Shown here: positions 1 to 7,690 of the stretch, in pieces | How positions within the stretch are numbered: position 1 is the first letter of the stretch | How the letters are laid out: each line of letters starts with the position of its first letter | IMG/VR virus record: IMGVR_UViG_3300033067_001273 | Span: 1-37,847 of that record | From: a virus | Lineage: Duplodnaviria; Caudoviricetes | Length of the DNA: 37,847 nt | Reading direction: 5' to 3' (one strand) | Notes under the pieces: generated by a model | Databases searched by the model: none | Seen by the model: the letters and a program-made list of their open reading frames with translations, nothing else | What the model was told of the DNA's origin: nothing | Program-made: the position numbers and the translations under genes

Positions 1-97
1 TCGGCATAAGGAAAATAGAAGTCCACACAACGTGAATCAGGGTGGTTTGGGAAAAAGTTCCAGCCTTGTGGATAGTACCAGTTTCTTGTGAAGTGAG
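1..97 (+). repeat. Terminal direct repeat (assembly overlap) matching 37751-37847; implies a circular or circularly permuted ~37,750 bp genome
   Basis: Identical to 37751-37847 except at positions 15, 18 and 21. Confidence 0.95.
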
Positions 98-239
98 TGC
101 TTCCAGCAATACGTTCAACGAGTGAACGAAGTGTTGGTCTTTCTGGTCGTTCTTTTGCCTTTTCAACAATCACTGTTGTTGAAGGCATTCCGTTCTTCGG
201 CTTAATACTTTTTGCGTAAACAGCTTTGTTTTTTTCCAT
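1..239 (-). CDS. 5' part of an origin-spanning ~132 aa protein (continues to stop at 37591); degenerate Vsr/DUF559-like fold possible
   Basis: ATG at 239 with GAGGG SD. Reads MEKNKAVYAK...NHPDSRCVDFYFPYA open to the window edge and joins ORF 37591..37776 in frame through the repeat. Confidence 0.8.
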   Translation of the reverse strand, partial: MEKNKAVYAKSIKPKNGMPSTTVIVEKAKERPERPTLRSLVERIAGSTHFTRNWYYPQGWNFFPNHPDSRCVDFYFPYA

Positions 240-247
240 TTGTCCCT

Positions 248-340
248 CACGGCTAAGAATTAGGGAAGCGGTTCGCCGTGCGTGAACCACCCCCCCAAAA
301 TTTTTGATTGCACGGCGTGGGTCCGAAAACCCACAATCAA
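248..340 (-). promoter_or_regulatory. Structured RNA element after the capsid gene: two hairpins with complementary loop and bulge; possible leaky terminator/attenuator
   Basis: UUCG-capped stem 317-334 inside TTGATT/AATCAA arms; 15-bp stem 260-298 with G-U pairs valid only on the minus strand, followed by UUCUU. Confidence 0.65.
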
Positions 341-352
341 TTTAAACTAATA

Positions 353-1564
353 TTAGACTGAACCGTCGTTTCCAAGCCAAGCAAAACGTGGGTCAATAAA
401 GTCCGCGTTTGCTCTTGTGCGTCCTTTGAACCGAACAATGTCACGGTCAAAAGATTCACCAGCGTTTGGTGCTTCTTGTTCAACAATTGCGCCTTCGCGA
501 ATCTGAACAATGAACCAAGGAACGTTTGAGTCAACCAACCACCAAGGCGTTGCAGTTCCGTCGTCAAGTGCGCCGGTGTCTGGTCTGAATATAAAACGTG
601 AAATGGTTTTATCAGCAATTCCTTCCAACGGATTGATTGAGAACGCGCCACCTGTTGCGCCAGCTGTTGCACCAGTTGGATAGTAAGCACTGTTCAAAAG
701 AACGGCTAAATCAAACTGGTAACGTGGTCCACAAATAATGTGGTTTGGACGAACCAACAAACGAAGACCCAATAAGTTCTTTTGGGTCATTTGTGCTTGG
801 AAAGCACTTTGAAGATTCGCTTGATTTAACAAACCATAAGTCGCTGGTCTGTTAAAACCACCACCCACAAACGGGGCCGCAGCCGCCGCATAAGGATAGT
901 TGGCCTCTGTTGCTGGCTTAGTTTCTGAAGCTGGAATCACTAAATCAGAATATTGCATGGTGCTTGAACTAGAAGAAAGTTTTGCATAAGCAAGAACTTC
1001 CAAAACAAGTTTCAAGTATTGACCCAACAAAGAAGATTGCTTTTGAAATTGACCTGTTTTGTCATCACTCAAAAGTTCTTGTTCTACTGGGTAAACAGAA
1101 CCATATTTTCTGTTTCTTAATTTAATGTCCAAACCTTGTGCAGCACTTTCAGAATACTTTTCTTGTCGTCCAACTTCACGAGGAAACGAAATGCCATGCA
1201 AAGGTGCATAGAGTTCAGTGTCCATTGTTGATTGGATAACGTGCGCCCATTGTTCAAAAGTTGTTGGAACAGTTTCATAAGCACTGTTTACAACCGATTG
1301 AACACCAGCACGTAAAACTTGGGTGAAAGAACTTGCACCGTCAGCCTCACGCATGTAACATTTTTCTTTCATTTTCTTAAAAGAAAAACGTCGGTCTTGA
1401 ACTGGAAAAGCTTTTTCGTCAAGAAAGTCGAAACCTTGGTGACGCTTTACGCTTTCACGAAATGTTATCATTTCGTCGTTATCATAAAGGGCTTCTTTCA
1501 TAACCAACCGATTTTGTTCGGCGTTATTTCTAAATGTCAGTTTGTGTGTTTTTTCTTCACTCAT
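353..1564 (-). CDS. Major capsid protein (HK97 fold, Mu gpT-like)
   Basis: 403 aa, after protease/scaffold and decoration genes; gpT-like segments (KYGSVYPVEQELLSDD, PNHIICGP, FIDPRFAW); GGGGTG SD. Confidence 0.9.
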   Translation of the reverse strand: MSEEKTHKLTFRNNAEQNRLVMKEALYDNDEMITFRESVKRHQGFDFLDEKAFPVQDRRFSFKKMKEKCYMREADGASSFTQVLRAGVQSVVNSAYETVPTTFEQWAHVIQSTMDTELYAPLHGISFPREVGRQEKYSESAAQGLDIKLRNRKYGSVYPVEQELLSDDKTGQFQKQSSLLGQYLKLVLEVLAYAKLSSSSSTMQYSDLVIPASETKPATEANYPYAAAAAPFVGGGFNRPATYGLLNQANLQSAFQAQMTQKNLLGLRLLVRPNHIICGPRYQFDLAVLLNSAYYPTGATAGATGGAFSINPLEGIADKTISRFIFRPDTGALDDGTATPWWLVDSNVPWFIVQIREGAIVEQEAPNAGESFDRDIVRFKGRTRANADFIDPRFAWLGNDGSV

Positions 1565-1574
1565 TGGCCACCCC

Positions 1575-2069
1575 TTAGAATACCAATGCGCCAGAACGGA
1601 ATCGTGAACCTAATTTCACGTCACCCTCTGAAGTCGCACCAGCGGTTACAGTTTTACCGATATAGATTCCAATAGCAGAACCGTTCGCGGCTACTTGCAC
1701 AGTTTGTGTGTCAGCGGCGGCGTCAACATAAACTAAGTCACCAGGATTGAAAGTCGCACCTGATTTTAGTTTCATTTTAGCGGTTACGCCCGAACGTGGG
1801 CCGGGAACACCAGCGGCTTTTTCTGAAGCGTCAACAGCGGTTCCACTGTAAGGGCTTTTTAATTTTCCACTCACAACGGTTACTGGTGAAATACCTAGAA
1901 ACAAGTCACCGTCGGTCGCGCCGCCAGTTACTTTAACCACCAAGTTATTGGTGTCATCGAAAATCATTAGGTCACCTAAGTCGAAACTTTGTGAACCCAA
2001 GAAGTTGGTTATGTCTTCCAACACAGCCTTCATAGAATCACTTCTTACGATTCTTTGCTTTTCAGCCAT
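1575..2069 (-). CDS. Capsid decoration/cement protein (DUF2190-like)
   Basis: 164 aa beta-rich, Gly/Ala/Thr-rich; FNPGDLVYVD...AIGIY motif; lies between scaffold and capsid genes. Confidence 0.7.
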   Translation of the reverse strand: MAEKQRIVRSDSMKAVLEDITNFLGSQSFDLGDLMIFDDTNNLVVKVTGGATDGDLFLGISPVTVVSGKLKSPYSGTAVDASEKAAGVPGPRSGVTAKMKLKSGATFNPGDLVYVDAAADTQTVQVAANGSAIGIYIGKTVTAGATSEGDVKLGSRFRSGALVF

Positions 2070-2100
2070 TTGTTACCATCCTTGTTATTGTTAAAAATAC

Positions 2101-2781
2101 TTATCTTAAGCAATCCGCGAAACCAGAGCTTCCCTCTTTTTTCTCGGCAATAGTTTTTTCTGGAATGAAAATATTCCCGCTGGTGGCTTCCCCACCTTGA
2201 GACTTGAATCCTTCCATGAAAATCTTAAAATCTTTGTCAACTTGTTCTTTTGATTTTGGAGTTCCAAGGCTTTCGCGGAACGACTTGGTTACAGTGTTTG
2301 GAAGTTTTGATTTTTCCAATACTGTTTCAAGGTGCGCAAGAACCTCTTTGGTTTTTTCAGCTTCAGTGAACTTGGCAACAGTTCCTTTAAGTTGAAGCAA
2401 TTCTTTACGAAGTGATTCAACTTTTGAATCGTCAGCTTCCTTGTGTGACTCTTCCTGTTCGTCGTCACTTTCCTCGGCCTCTTCAGCTTCAGCGACTTCG
2501 TGCTTCTTGCCCATATGTTTTGCAAGTTTCAAAGCGTGGCCAGCGGCTTCGAGTGCTTCTTTTTGTTCATAGCCCATTTCTTTATAGGCTTGATACATTT
2601 CTTTGCACATTTGCATATCAGCTTCTTGAACGTCGGCCTCTTCTTGTGAGTCGTCGCCTTCACCTTCGGGTGAACCTTCAGGCTTACCGTCGGCACCATG
2701 TTTTTTAAGCATGGACTTAATTAACTCGATGTCTTGCTGTTCGTCGTCGTGACCTTCAGCCTCTTTTTTCTTATCACTCAT
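2101..2781 (-). CDS. Nested in-frame scaffolding protein (226 aa, MSDKKKEAE...)
   Basis: In-frame ATG 2781 preceded by AAGGGGGAACTT, the G-run SD type used genome-wide; product is acidic and helical. Confidence 0.65.
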   Translation of the reverse strand: MSDKKKEAEGHDDEQQDIELIKSMLKKHGADGKPEGSPEGEGDDSQEEADVQEADMQMCKEMYQAYKEMGYEQKEALEAAGHALKLAKHMGKKHEVAEAEEAEESDDEQEESHKEADDSKVESLRKELLQLKGTVAKFTEAEKTKEVLAHLETVLEKSKLPNTVTKSFRESLGTPKSKEQVDKDFKIFMEGFKSQGGEATSGNIFIPEKTIAEKKEGSSGFADCLR

Positions 2782-4386
2782 AAGTTCCCCCTTAGATTGT
2801 GATTCATGTTTTGGTTTAAACCCAACTTTAACGATTGATGATTTATTAGGGCCACCAGCTTTCACACTGTGACCAGTATATAAAGGGTGACTTTTTACTT
2901 TGTCCGCGAATGCATTGGCGTCTTTGTCAGAATCAAAAGACATGCTTAAGCCATGTCCCCCGCCCTTATATGGTTCGTGATAATATCCTGTGTGATTAAA
3001 TTCACGACCAACTTTTGCAATTTCAGCGCCACCCATTCCACGCGCAACACTTGCGTCGTGATCTTGTTTCCAAGCCTTATATTGTGCTGTTGTTTGTCTC
3101 GGACCACTTGAAAGTTTCGGTGCGCCCTTATCATTCTGTGGACCTTTGCCACCGCCCTTGCGTCTTCCAGAACCAGGGCCGCCCTCTTCCATTCCGGCTT
3201 CTTTTTTCTTACCGAACAAGCCACCAAAAGATTCCATTTTTTTATTGCTTTCAATCATGTCGACAACCTTTCCACCAGCCCCGGCCTTGGTGACTAAATC
3301 ACAAGAAAAGCTTCCGTCGAAACCATTAACAACTTTCACGGAAGACAAACCTTTTTCAATTGCTTTGTTTATTTTTACCCTTGCTGAATCACTTAAATTA
3401 TAAGATGAAAGAAACTGACCCACTTCCATTTCTTCAGCGCCACCATTGGCATTGATTGAAAGGGCAACGAAGTCTTTGTCAGGAAATTTTTTGTTGAAGT
3501 CTGTTGCGTGAAGAACCCTAGACCTTGCCCACTCATTTTCTTTGTCAGGCAAAAGAACAGATTCACCAACCAATAAAGCTGAACCGTCGTCAGCCTCTTC
3601 AAGTCTTAGATTTTCAAAGTGTCCGATAAGGTCACGAACAGAACGTTCCGGCCTTGTTTTTTCTTCTAAAGCGTCCGGGTGGTCTGCAAACATTTGTTGA
3701 CCTTCGAAAACTGGAATGGCTTTCTCTAAACACTCACGAGTGTAAAAGAAACCGTCCTTGGCATTCCCTAAACCTTCACGCAAAAGAATTGTTTTAAATC
3801 TTGTTGGACCCACGCCGTTACGCTGTGGTTCAGCACTTTCAACCATTTCGAAGCGAATTGACTCAACGAATCTGTTTGATTCTTTTTGGTCACGCACAAC
3901 AGCCACGTTGCTTGACACACCGTCGGCCTCTTGTTTTGATTCAAGGTCAATTTTTAAACCTTTAGACTTAAGGACGTTGACAAATGTTGCGGCGGATATA
4001 CCAGGATTTTCAATCAAAATCTTACTTACCACAGCTTGTGGGTCTTCTTGAATGGCCGTTTGTTTTATGGGCTGTGATTGCGGTTTTTCTTTTGGTTTTG
4101 CTGGACCCTTTTGTTGTGAAGTAACCGGAAACTCGGCACCCCAAAACCAATATTTAGTTGATATTCCACCGTCAGCGTCGGGACCAGTGAAGTTCTTAGG
4201 TCCACGGGAAATGTCAGATTCTTTAAGTTTCGTGGTTCGTTTCTTACGACGACGAATGACCAAGTTGTTTCGTTCAACTTGACCAGCTTCAAGCATTCCA
4301 AAAAAACCTTTTGCAGCCTCAATAAGGCGCAACGATTCTCTTTTCTTCTGTGCGTTCTTTCTCAAAGAACTCAACCAAAATGTCAC
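2101..4386 (-). CDS. Prohead maturation protease fused to scaffold (true start may be ATG 4296)
   Basis: Protease-like core (GFFYTRECLE...FADHP...RSVRDLIG...ALSINA; candidate His/Ser) followed by an acidic coiled-coil C-terminus; lies between portal and capsid genes. Confidence 0.8.
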   Translation of the reverse strand: MTFWLSSLRKNAQKKRESLRLIEAAKGFFGMLEAGQVERNNLVIRRRKKRTTKLKESDISRGPKNFTGPDADGGISTKYWFWGAEFPVTSQQKGPAKPKEKPQSQPIKQTAIQEDPQAVVSKILIENPGISAATFVNVLKSKGLKIDLESKQEADGVSSNVAVVRDQKESNRFVESIRFEMVESAEPQRNGVGPTRFKTILLREGLGNAKDGFFYTRECLEKAIPVFEGQQMFADHPDALEEKTRPERSVRDLIGHFENLRLEEADDGSALLVGESVLLPDKENEWARSRVLHATDFNKKFPDKDFVALSINANGGAEEMEVGQFLSSYNLSDSARVKINKAIEKGLSSVKVVNGFDGSFSCDLVTKAGAGGKVVDMIESNKKMESFGGLFGKKKEAGMEEGGPGSGRRKGGGKGPQNDKGAPKLSSGPRQTTAQYKAWKQDHDASVARGMGGAEIAKVGREFNHTGYYHEPYKGGGHGLSMSFDSDKDANAFADKVKSHPLYTGHSVKAGGPNKSSIVKVGFKPKHESQSKGELMSDKKKEAEGHDDEQQDIELIKSMLKKHGADGKPEGSPEGEGDDSQEEADVQEADMQMCKEMYQAYKEMGYEQKEALEAAGHALKLAKHMGKKHEVAEAEEAEESDDEQEESHKEADDSKVESLRKELLQLKGTVAKFTEAEKTKEVLAHLETVLEKSKLPNTVTKSFRESLGTPKSKEQVDKDFKIFMEGFKSQGGEATSGNIFIPEKTIAEKKEGSSGFADCLR

Positions 4387-4693
4387 ACTTATCTCCCTGT
4401 GTGTTCACGATTTTCGCAGTAAACTCTAATTGGTCTATGTCGAAACCGTGGTCTTTCGCTATAACCTCAATCTCTTCTAAATTTTTCGCTTTCCATTGCT
4501 TGAATTTATATTGGTGTCTTCTTACGTGTTTGTTTAAATTTGTGGAACCCTTGTCAACAATGTCAAACATCGAATCTTTGCGTCCGAAATATTTATCAGG
4601 GTCTCTTGCGAATTGTTCGAAGGTTGGCATTCCGTAAGCGGTTGGGTTGTCCATAATGTCGGACAATTCTGTTTGTTTACTTATACGACGCAT
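4319..4693 (-). CDS. Hypothetical head-module protein
   Basis: 124 aa, overlaps the portal stop, fills the operon gap. Confidence 0.7.
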   Translation of the reverse strand: MRRISKQTELSDIMDNPTAYGMPTFEQFARDPDKYFGRKDSMFDIVDKGSTNLNKHVRRHQYKFKQWKAKNLEEIEVIAKDHGFDIDQLEFTAKIVNTQGDKCDILVEFFEKERTEEKRIVAPY

Positions 4694-6449
4694 CTTTTAC
4701 CCTTCCACGTTCACCAGACGAAAGGCCGCCATTCGAAACGGTTCTTTCACTTCCACCAGGTGGTTGTGTTTTTGTTGGAACCTCACCAGGCTTTGACAAA
4801 GGTTCGGCTGTTCCCCCACTCTGTTCGGAATTATCCGATTGACCTTTAATTTTTTGTTGTTCCTCTTCATAAGAATATTCGTCTTGATTGAACTCTTTGC
4901 TGGCCATGTTCGCGCAAGTCTCTTTTGAAAACCAGCCTTGAAGTTCAGCAAGGGCCAGGTCTTTCAGCTTGTTCGAACGGTCTTGAGTGTAAAGGTCTGG
5001 AAATATAACTTCCATTGGCGAATTGGCTGGTAAGCCCATAAGTGGAAATGTTCGTTCCTTAATTTTGTTCAAGATTCTGGTGTAAATATTTCGTCGGTCT
5101 TCAAACTTCTTGGTCACTGGTTCTGTGGCAACAACAGCCGAAGCCCTTGTTTGGCCACCACTTAAATGGGTTCCGAAATAATTAATTGGAATTCCAAAAC
5201 CAGCCGCAATCATGCTTAAGCACCAATCGAAGGTTTCGCTTGCGCCACCCTTGCCCATGCTGTTGCTTAAATATTCGCGCTTGATTTTGTCAGTGTGAAC
5301 GAATTCAGAACCAGCGGGTGGAATCGTGCCGAGTGCGTTTTGTGCTTCAACATATCCGTCAATGTCACCTTGCGAACCAGTGATTGTTGTGTCAATGGAC
5401 CAAGCCGAGTTCTTTTGTTCACCAGCCAAACGATAGTTAATTGAATCGCGAAGTCTTTTTAAATAACTGAAAATCGGTGCAAGGTCTGAACGACCACGCT
5501 TTTCATTCGATAGACAATTAATTTTAGTGTGAATCATTTCGTTTGGTGGAATCTGTTTAAAAATAAATTTAGAACCTGGAACAGCCTTGCCCTTGTCACT
5601 TCCAGAATAAAGTGAATATTGAGTTGGCGTCACAACCTGGTAAAAAAGAACGCGGGTTATGTCTTCAGGATATGTGACAATTTCCCACACAGCTGAAGGG
5701 TCAAACAATCTTACACGTGGAATAATGCCAGTTGGTGGAAGCTGTTCTTTAGGAAGGTCAATGCCAATATAGGTCGCAAAGTCTGGAAGAACCCAAAACA
5801 TATTTTCGCCGTAAATGCACAATTCTTTTGCGCCGACGTTCATTTGTTCTTCAAGGTCATTCACTTGTGCAAGAGCGTCCCACACAGCTTGGTGTGCTTT
5901 GTTTTCAAACTTTACTTTCCAACCGCGTCCAAGAGTAAAATCCACAATAGTATTAACGCCAGTCCTTGCAATTGGGTCGTGGTGGTAAGCATAAAAACCT
6001 AAGCCTTGTTGTTTTAAATAGTCTTGAAGATATAGTTGTTTGAAGAAAGGTCCACCAAGAAGTGGAATGAAGTCGTCACCGATTGCATTTCCAAACTGTC
6101 CAATGTCACGCGCAAAGTTGTCGTCACTTTCACGCATTTTGAAAATTTTATGTTTGTTGTTGATTGTGGTCGCGGCCCGATAGGTCTCAAGGAATTGTTT
6201 GCGATTGTCACAGGACTTGATTTTATATTGTTTCAGGCTTGGTGAATAACAGACGAACTCGGCGTCAATCTCAATGGTTGGGTCCGACTCTAGAACCTGA
6301 ACCATTTCCACAACGGTTCTTGCGTTGTGAAAGGTTGGACTTGGATTTTCCTCGAAAGGAAATTCAATCTCATAGTCCTTCGGGTTGAACATTTGGCGTC
6401 GTCCAAGACCAGGCTTTAGATTTTGCTTATCATCTAACTCGATAACCAT
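4677..6449 (-). CDS. Portal protein
   Basis: 590 aa; portal-like motifs (ELCIYGENMF, EMIHTKINCLSNEKRGRSDL, IAAGFGIPINYFG); head-module position. Confidence 0.85.
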   Translation of the reverse strand: MVIELDDKQNLKPGLGRRQMFNPKDYEIEFPFEENPSPTFHNARTVVEMVQVLESDPTIEIDAEFVCYSPSLKQYKIKSCDNRKQFLETYRAATTINNKHKIFKMRESDDNFARDIGQFGNAIGDDFIPLLGGPFFKQLYLQDYLKQQGLGFYAYHHDPIARTGVNTIVDFTLGRGWKVKFENKAHQAVWDALAQVNDLEEQMNVGAKELCIYGENMFWVLPDFATYIGIDLPKEQLPPTGIIPRVRLFDPSAVWEIVTYPEDITRVLFYQVVTPTQYSLYSGSDKGKAVPGSKFIFKQIPPNEMIHTKINCLSNEKRGRSDLAPIFSYLKRLRDSINYRLAGEQKNSAWSIDTTITGSQGDIDGYVEAQNALGTIPPAGSEFVHTDKIKREYLSNSMGKGGASETFDWCLSMIAAGFGIPINYFGTHLSGGQTRASAVVATEPVTKKFEDRRNIYTRILNKIKERTFPLMGLPANSPMEVIFPDLYTQDRSNKLKDLALAELQGWFSKETCANMASKEFNQDEYSYEEEQQKIKGQSDNSEQSGGTAEPLSKPGEVPTKTQPPGGSERTVSNGGLSSGERGRVKDASYK

Positions 6450-7531
6450 TCTTCAAAACTTCCTATGTCTGTTTCCGGTTTGTCCGGAATGCCTTCCAAG
6501 GCTGGTGCAAGTGTGCATCGACAATCGAAATGGGCTGGCGGAACACTTGATTCACACTCATCGTCACGTCTTTTGGTTTGCAATTCAAGTTCAATTTCTT
6601 TGGTCGTAAGTCCGTCACGCCAAAGACAACAATCGTCAGTCGCTTTGTCCACAATTGCAATCCAAACAAAATCATTAATTCCGTTTTCACGTGCTGCGTC
6701 TATTTGTCCCAATCGGACCTGTTCAACAAAGTCTTGGGTGAGTTCCCTTTCGAACTGCCACGCATAATAGTCGTCTTTTGTGGGCTTTGGTCCGGCTTGC
6801 TCAAGAACATATTCAGGACCACGCCATTTAGGAACGAAGTCAGTTTTATATTCGTCCAACAGCACTTGCCATGTTTCTTCGTCAATGAATTCGTTTGCAA
6901 CGACTGGAATTTTTGGTCGTTGGTCGGCCTCGCGCATGGTCGGCTTATATAAAGATTTTCGCTTTTGTTCGATGCGCTTTCTTTTCGGAAGGACTTTTGC
7001 AAGGGCTGTGTGAAAGTCTTCAATTGAATTTTCTGAAACAGCGCAACGATGAACAACGTCAAGCATCTTGCGTTCTAAACTTTTAAGTTCCATGTCGATT
7101 CGTGACTTCGGGTCTGAACCTGAAGGCATCTTTGAAATGGACTTATGTTTAAGCTTGTCAGGGCCAAGGCGTGAATCTTGAGGCTTGGCCAGTGCTCTTG
7201 ATATGGCTTCAGCTTCACCAGCGTAAGAAAGCGCATAAGAATGCTTTCTTAAATTGTCTGTTATGCGATTGATCTCGTGTCCTGACGCACTGAATAATAT
7301 CTTAAGATTCTGTTCAATGTGGCCAAGAGCTTCAGCAATGTTGGCCGGGTGGTATTTGTGGCGAATAATTTTATTATAAGTCATGTCGATAGAAGCCACA
7401 GCGTTTGAAAGTGTTCCACGTAGAACATCGGATATTTCAAGCGTTGCCTTATGAAGGAAGTCTTCAAGGGCAAGGTCTCGCGCTTTAACGAAAGATCGGT
7501 AAGCTGAAACTTCAGACAAGTTTGTTTTCAA
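6434..7531 (-). CDS. Head morphogenesis protein (Mu gpF / SPP1 gp7 family)
   Basis: WIAIVDKATDDCC...PPAHFDCRCTL, a variant of the MuF PPxHPNCRC signature. Confidence 0.85.
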   Translation of the reverse strand: MKTNLSEVSAYRSFVKARDLALEDFLHKATLEISDVLRGTLSNAVASIDMTYNKIIRHKYHPANIAEALGHIEQNLKILFSASGHEINRITDNLRKHSYALSYAGEAEAISRALAKPQDSRLGPDKLKHKSISKMPSGSDPKSRIDMELKSLERKMLDVVHRCAVSENSIEDFHTALAKVLPKRKRIEQKRKSLYKPTMREADQRPKIPVVANEFIDEETWQVLLDEYKTDFVPKWRGPEYVLEQAGPKPTKDDYYAWQFERELTQDFVEQVRLGQIDAARENGINDFVWIAIVDKATDDCCLWRDGLTTKEIELELQTKRRDDECESSVPPAHFDCRCTLAPALEGIPDKPETDIGSFEEWLSS

Positions 7532-7689
7532 TGAATCACCGGACGCTTCCCATTGTGAAGAATATAACCCTCTTCGTTTTCCTCTTCACCACACACAGGA
7601 CATATTTTAAGATTGGCGTCTTCCCAATAGTCCGCGACCTCTGTGCAAGTCTCTAAAATAAGAATTGTTCCACCGTCGACCAATATCAT
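7528..7689 (-). CDS. Small 53 aa protein with CPVC motif (not in ORF track)
   Basis: ATG 7689 directly after the TerL stop; TGA overlaps the TTG start of MuF; MILVDGG...KICPVCGEEENEEGYILHNGKRPVIH. Confidence 0.65.
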   Translation of the reverse strand: MILVDGGTILILETCTEVADYWEDANLKICPVCGEEENEEGYILHNGKRPVIH

Positions 7690-7690
7690 T

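Noticed and set aside
248-340. Known self-cleaving ribozyme (hammerhead, twister, pistol)
   Set aside because: Conserved catalytic core sequences such as CUGANGA/GAAA were not found in the right arrangement.
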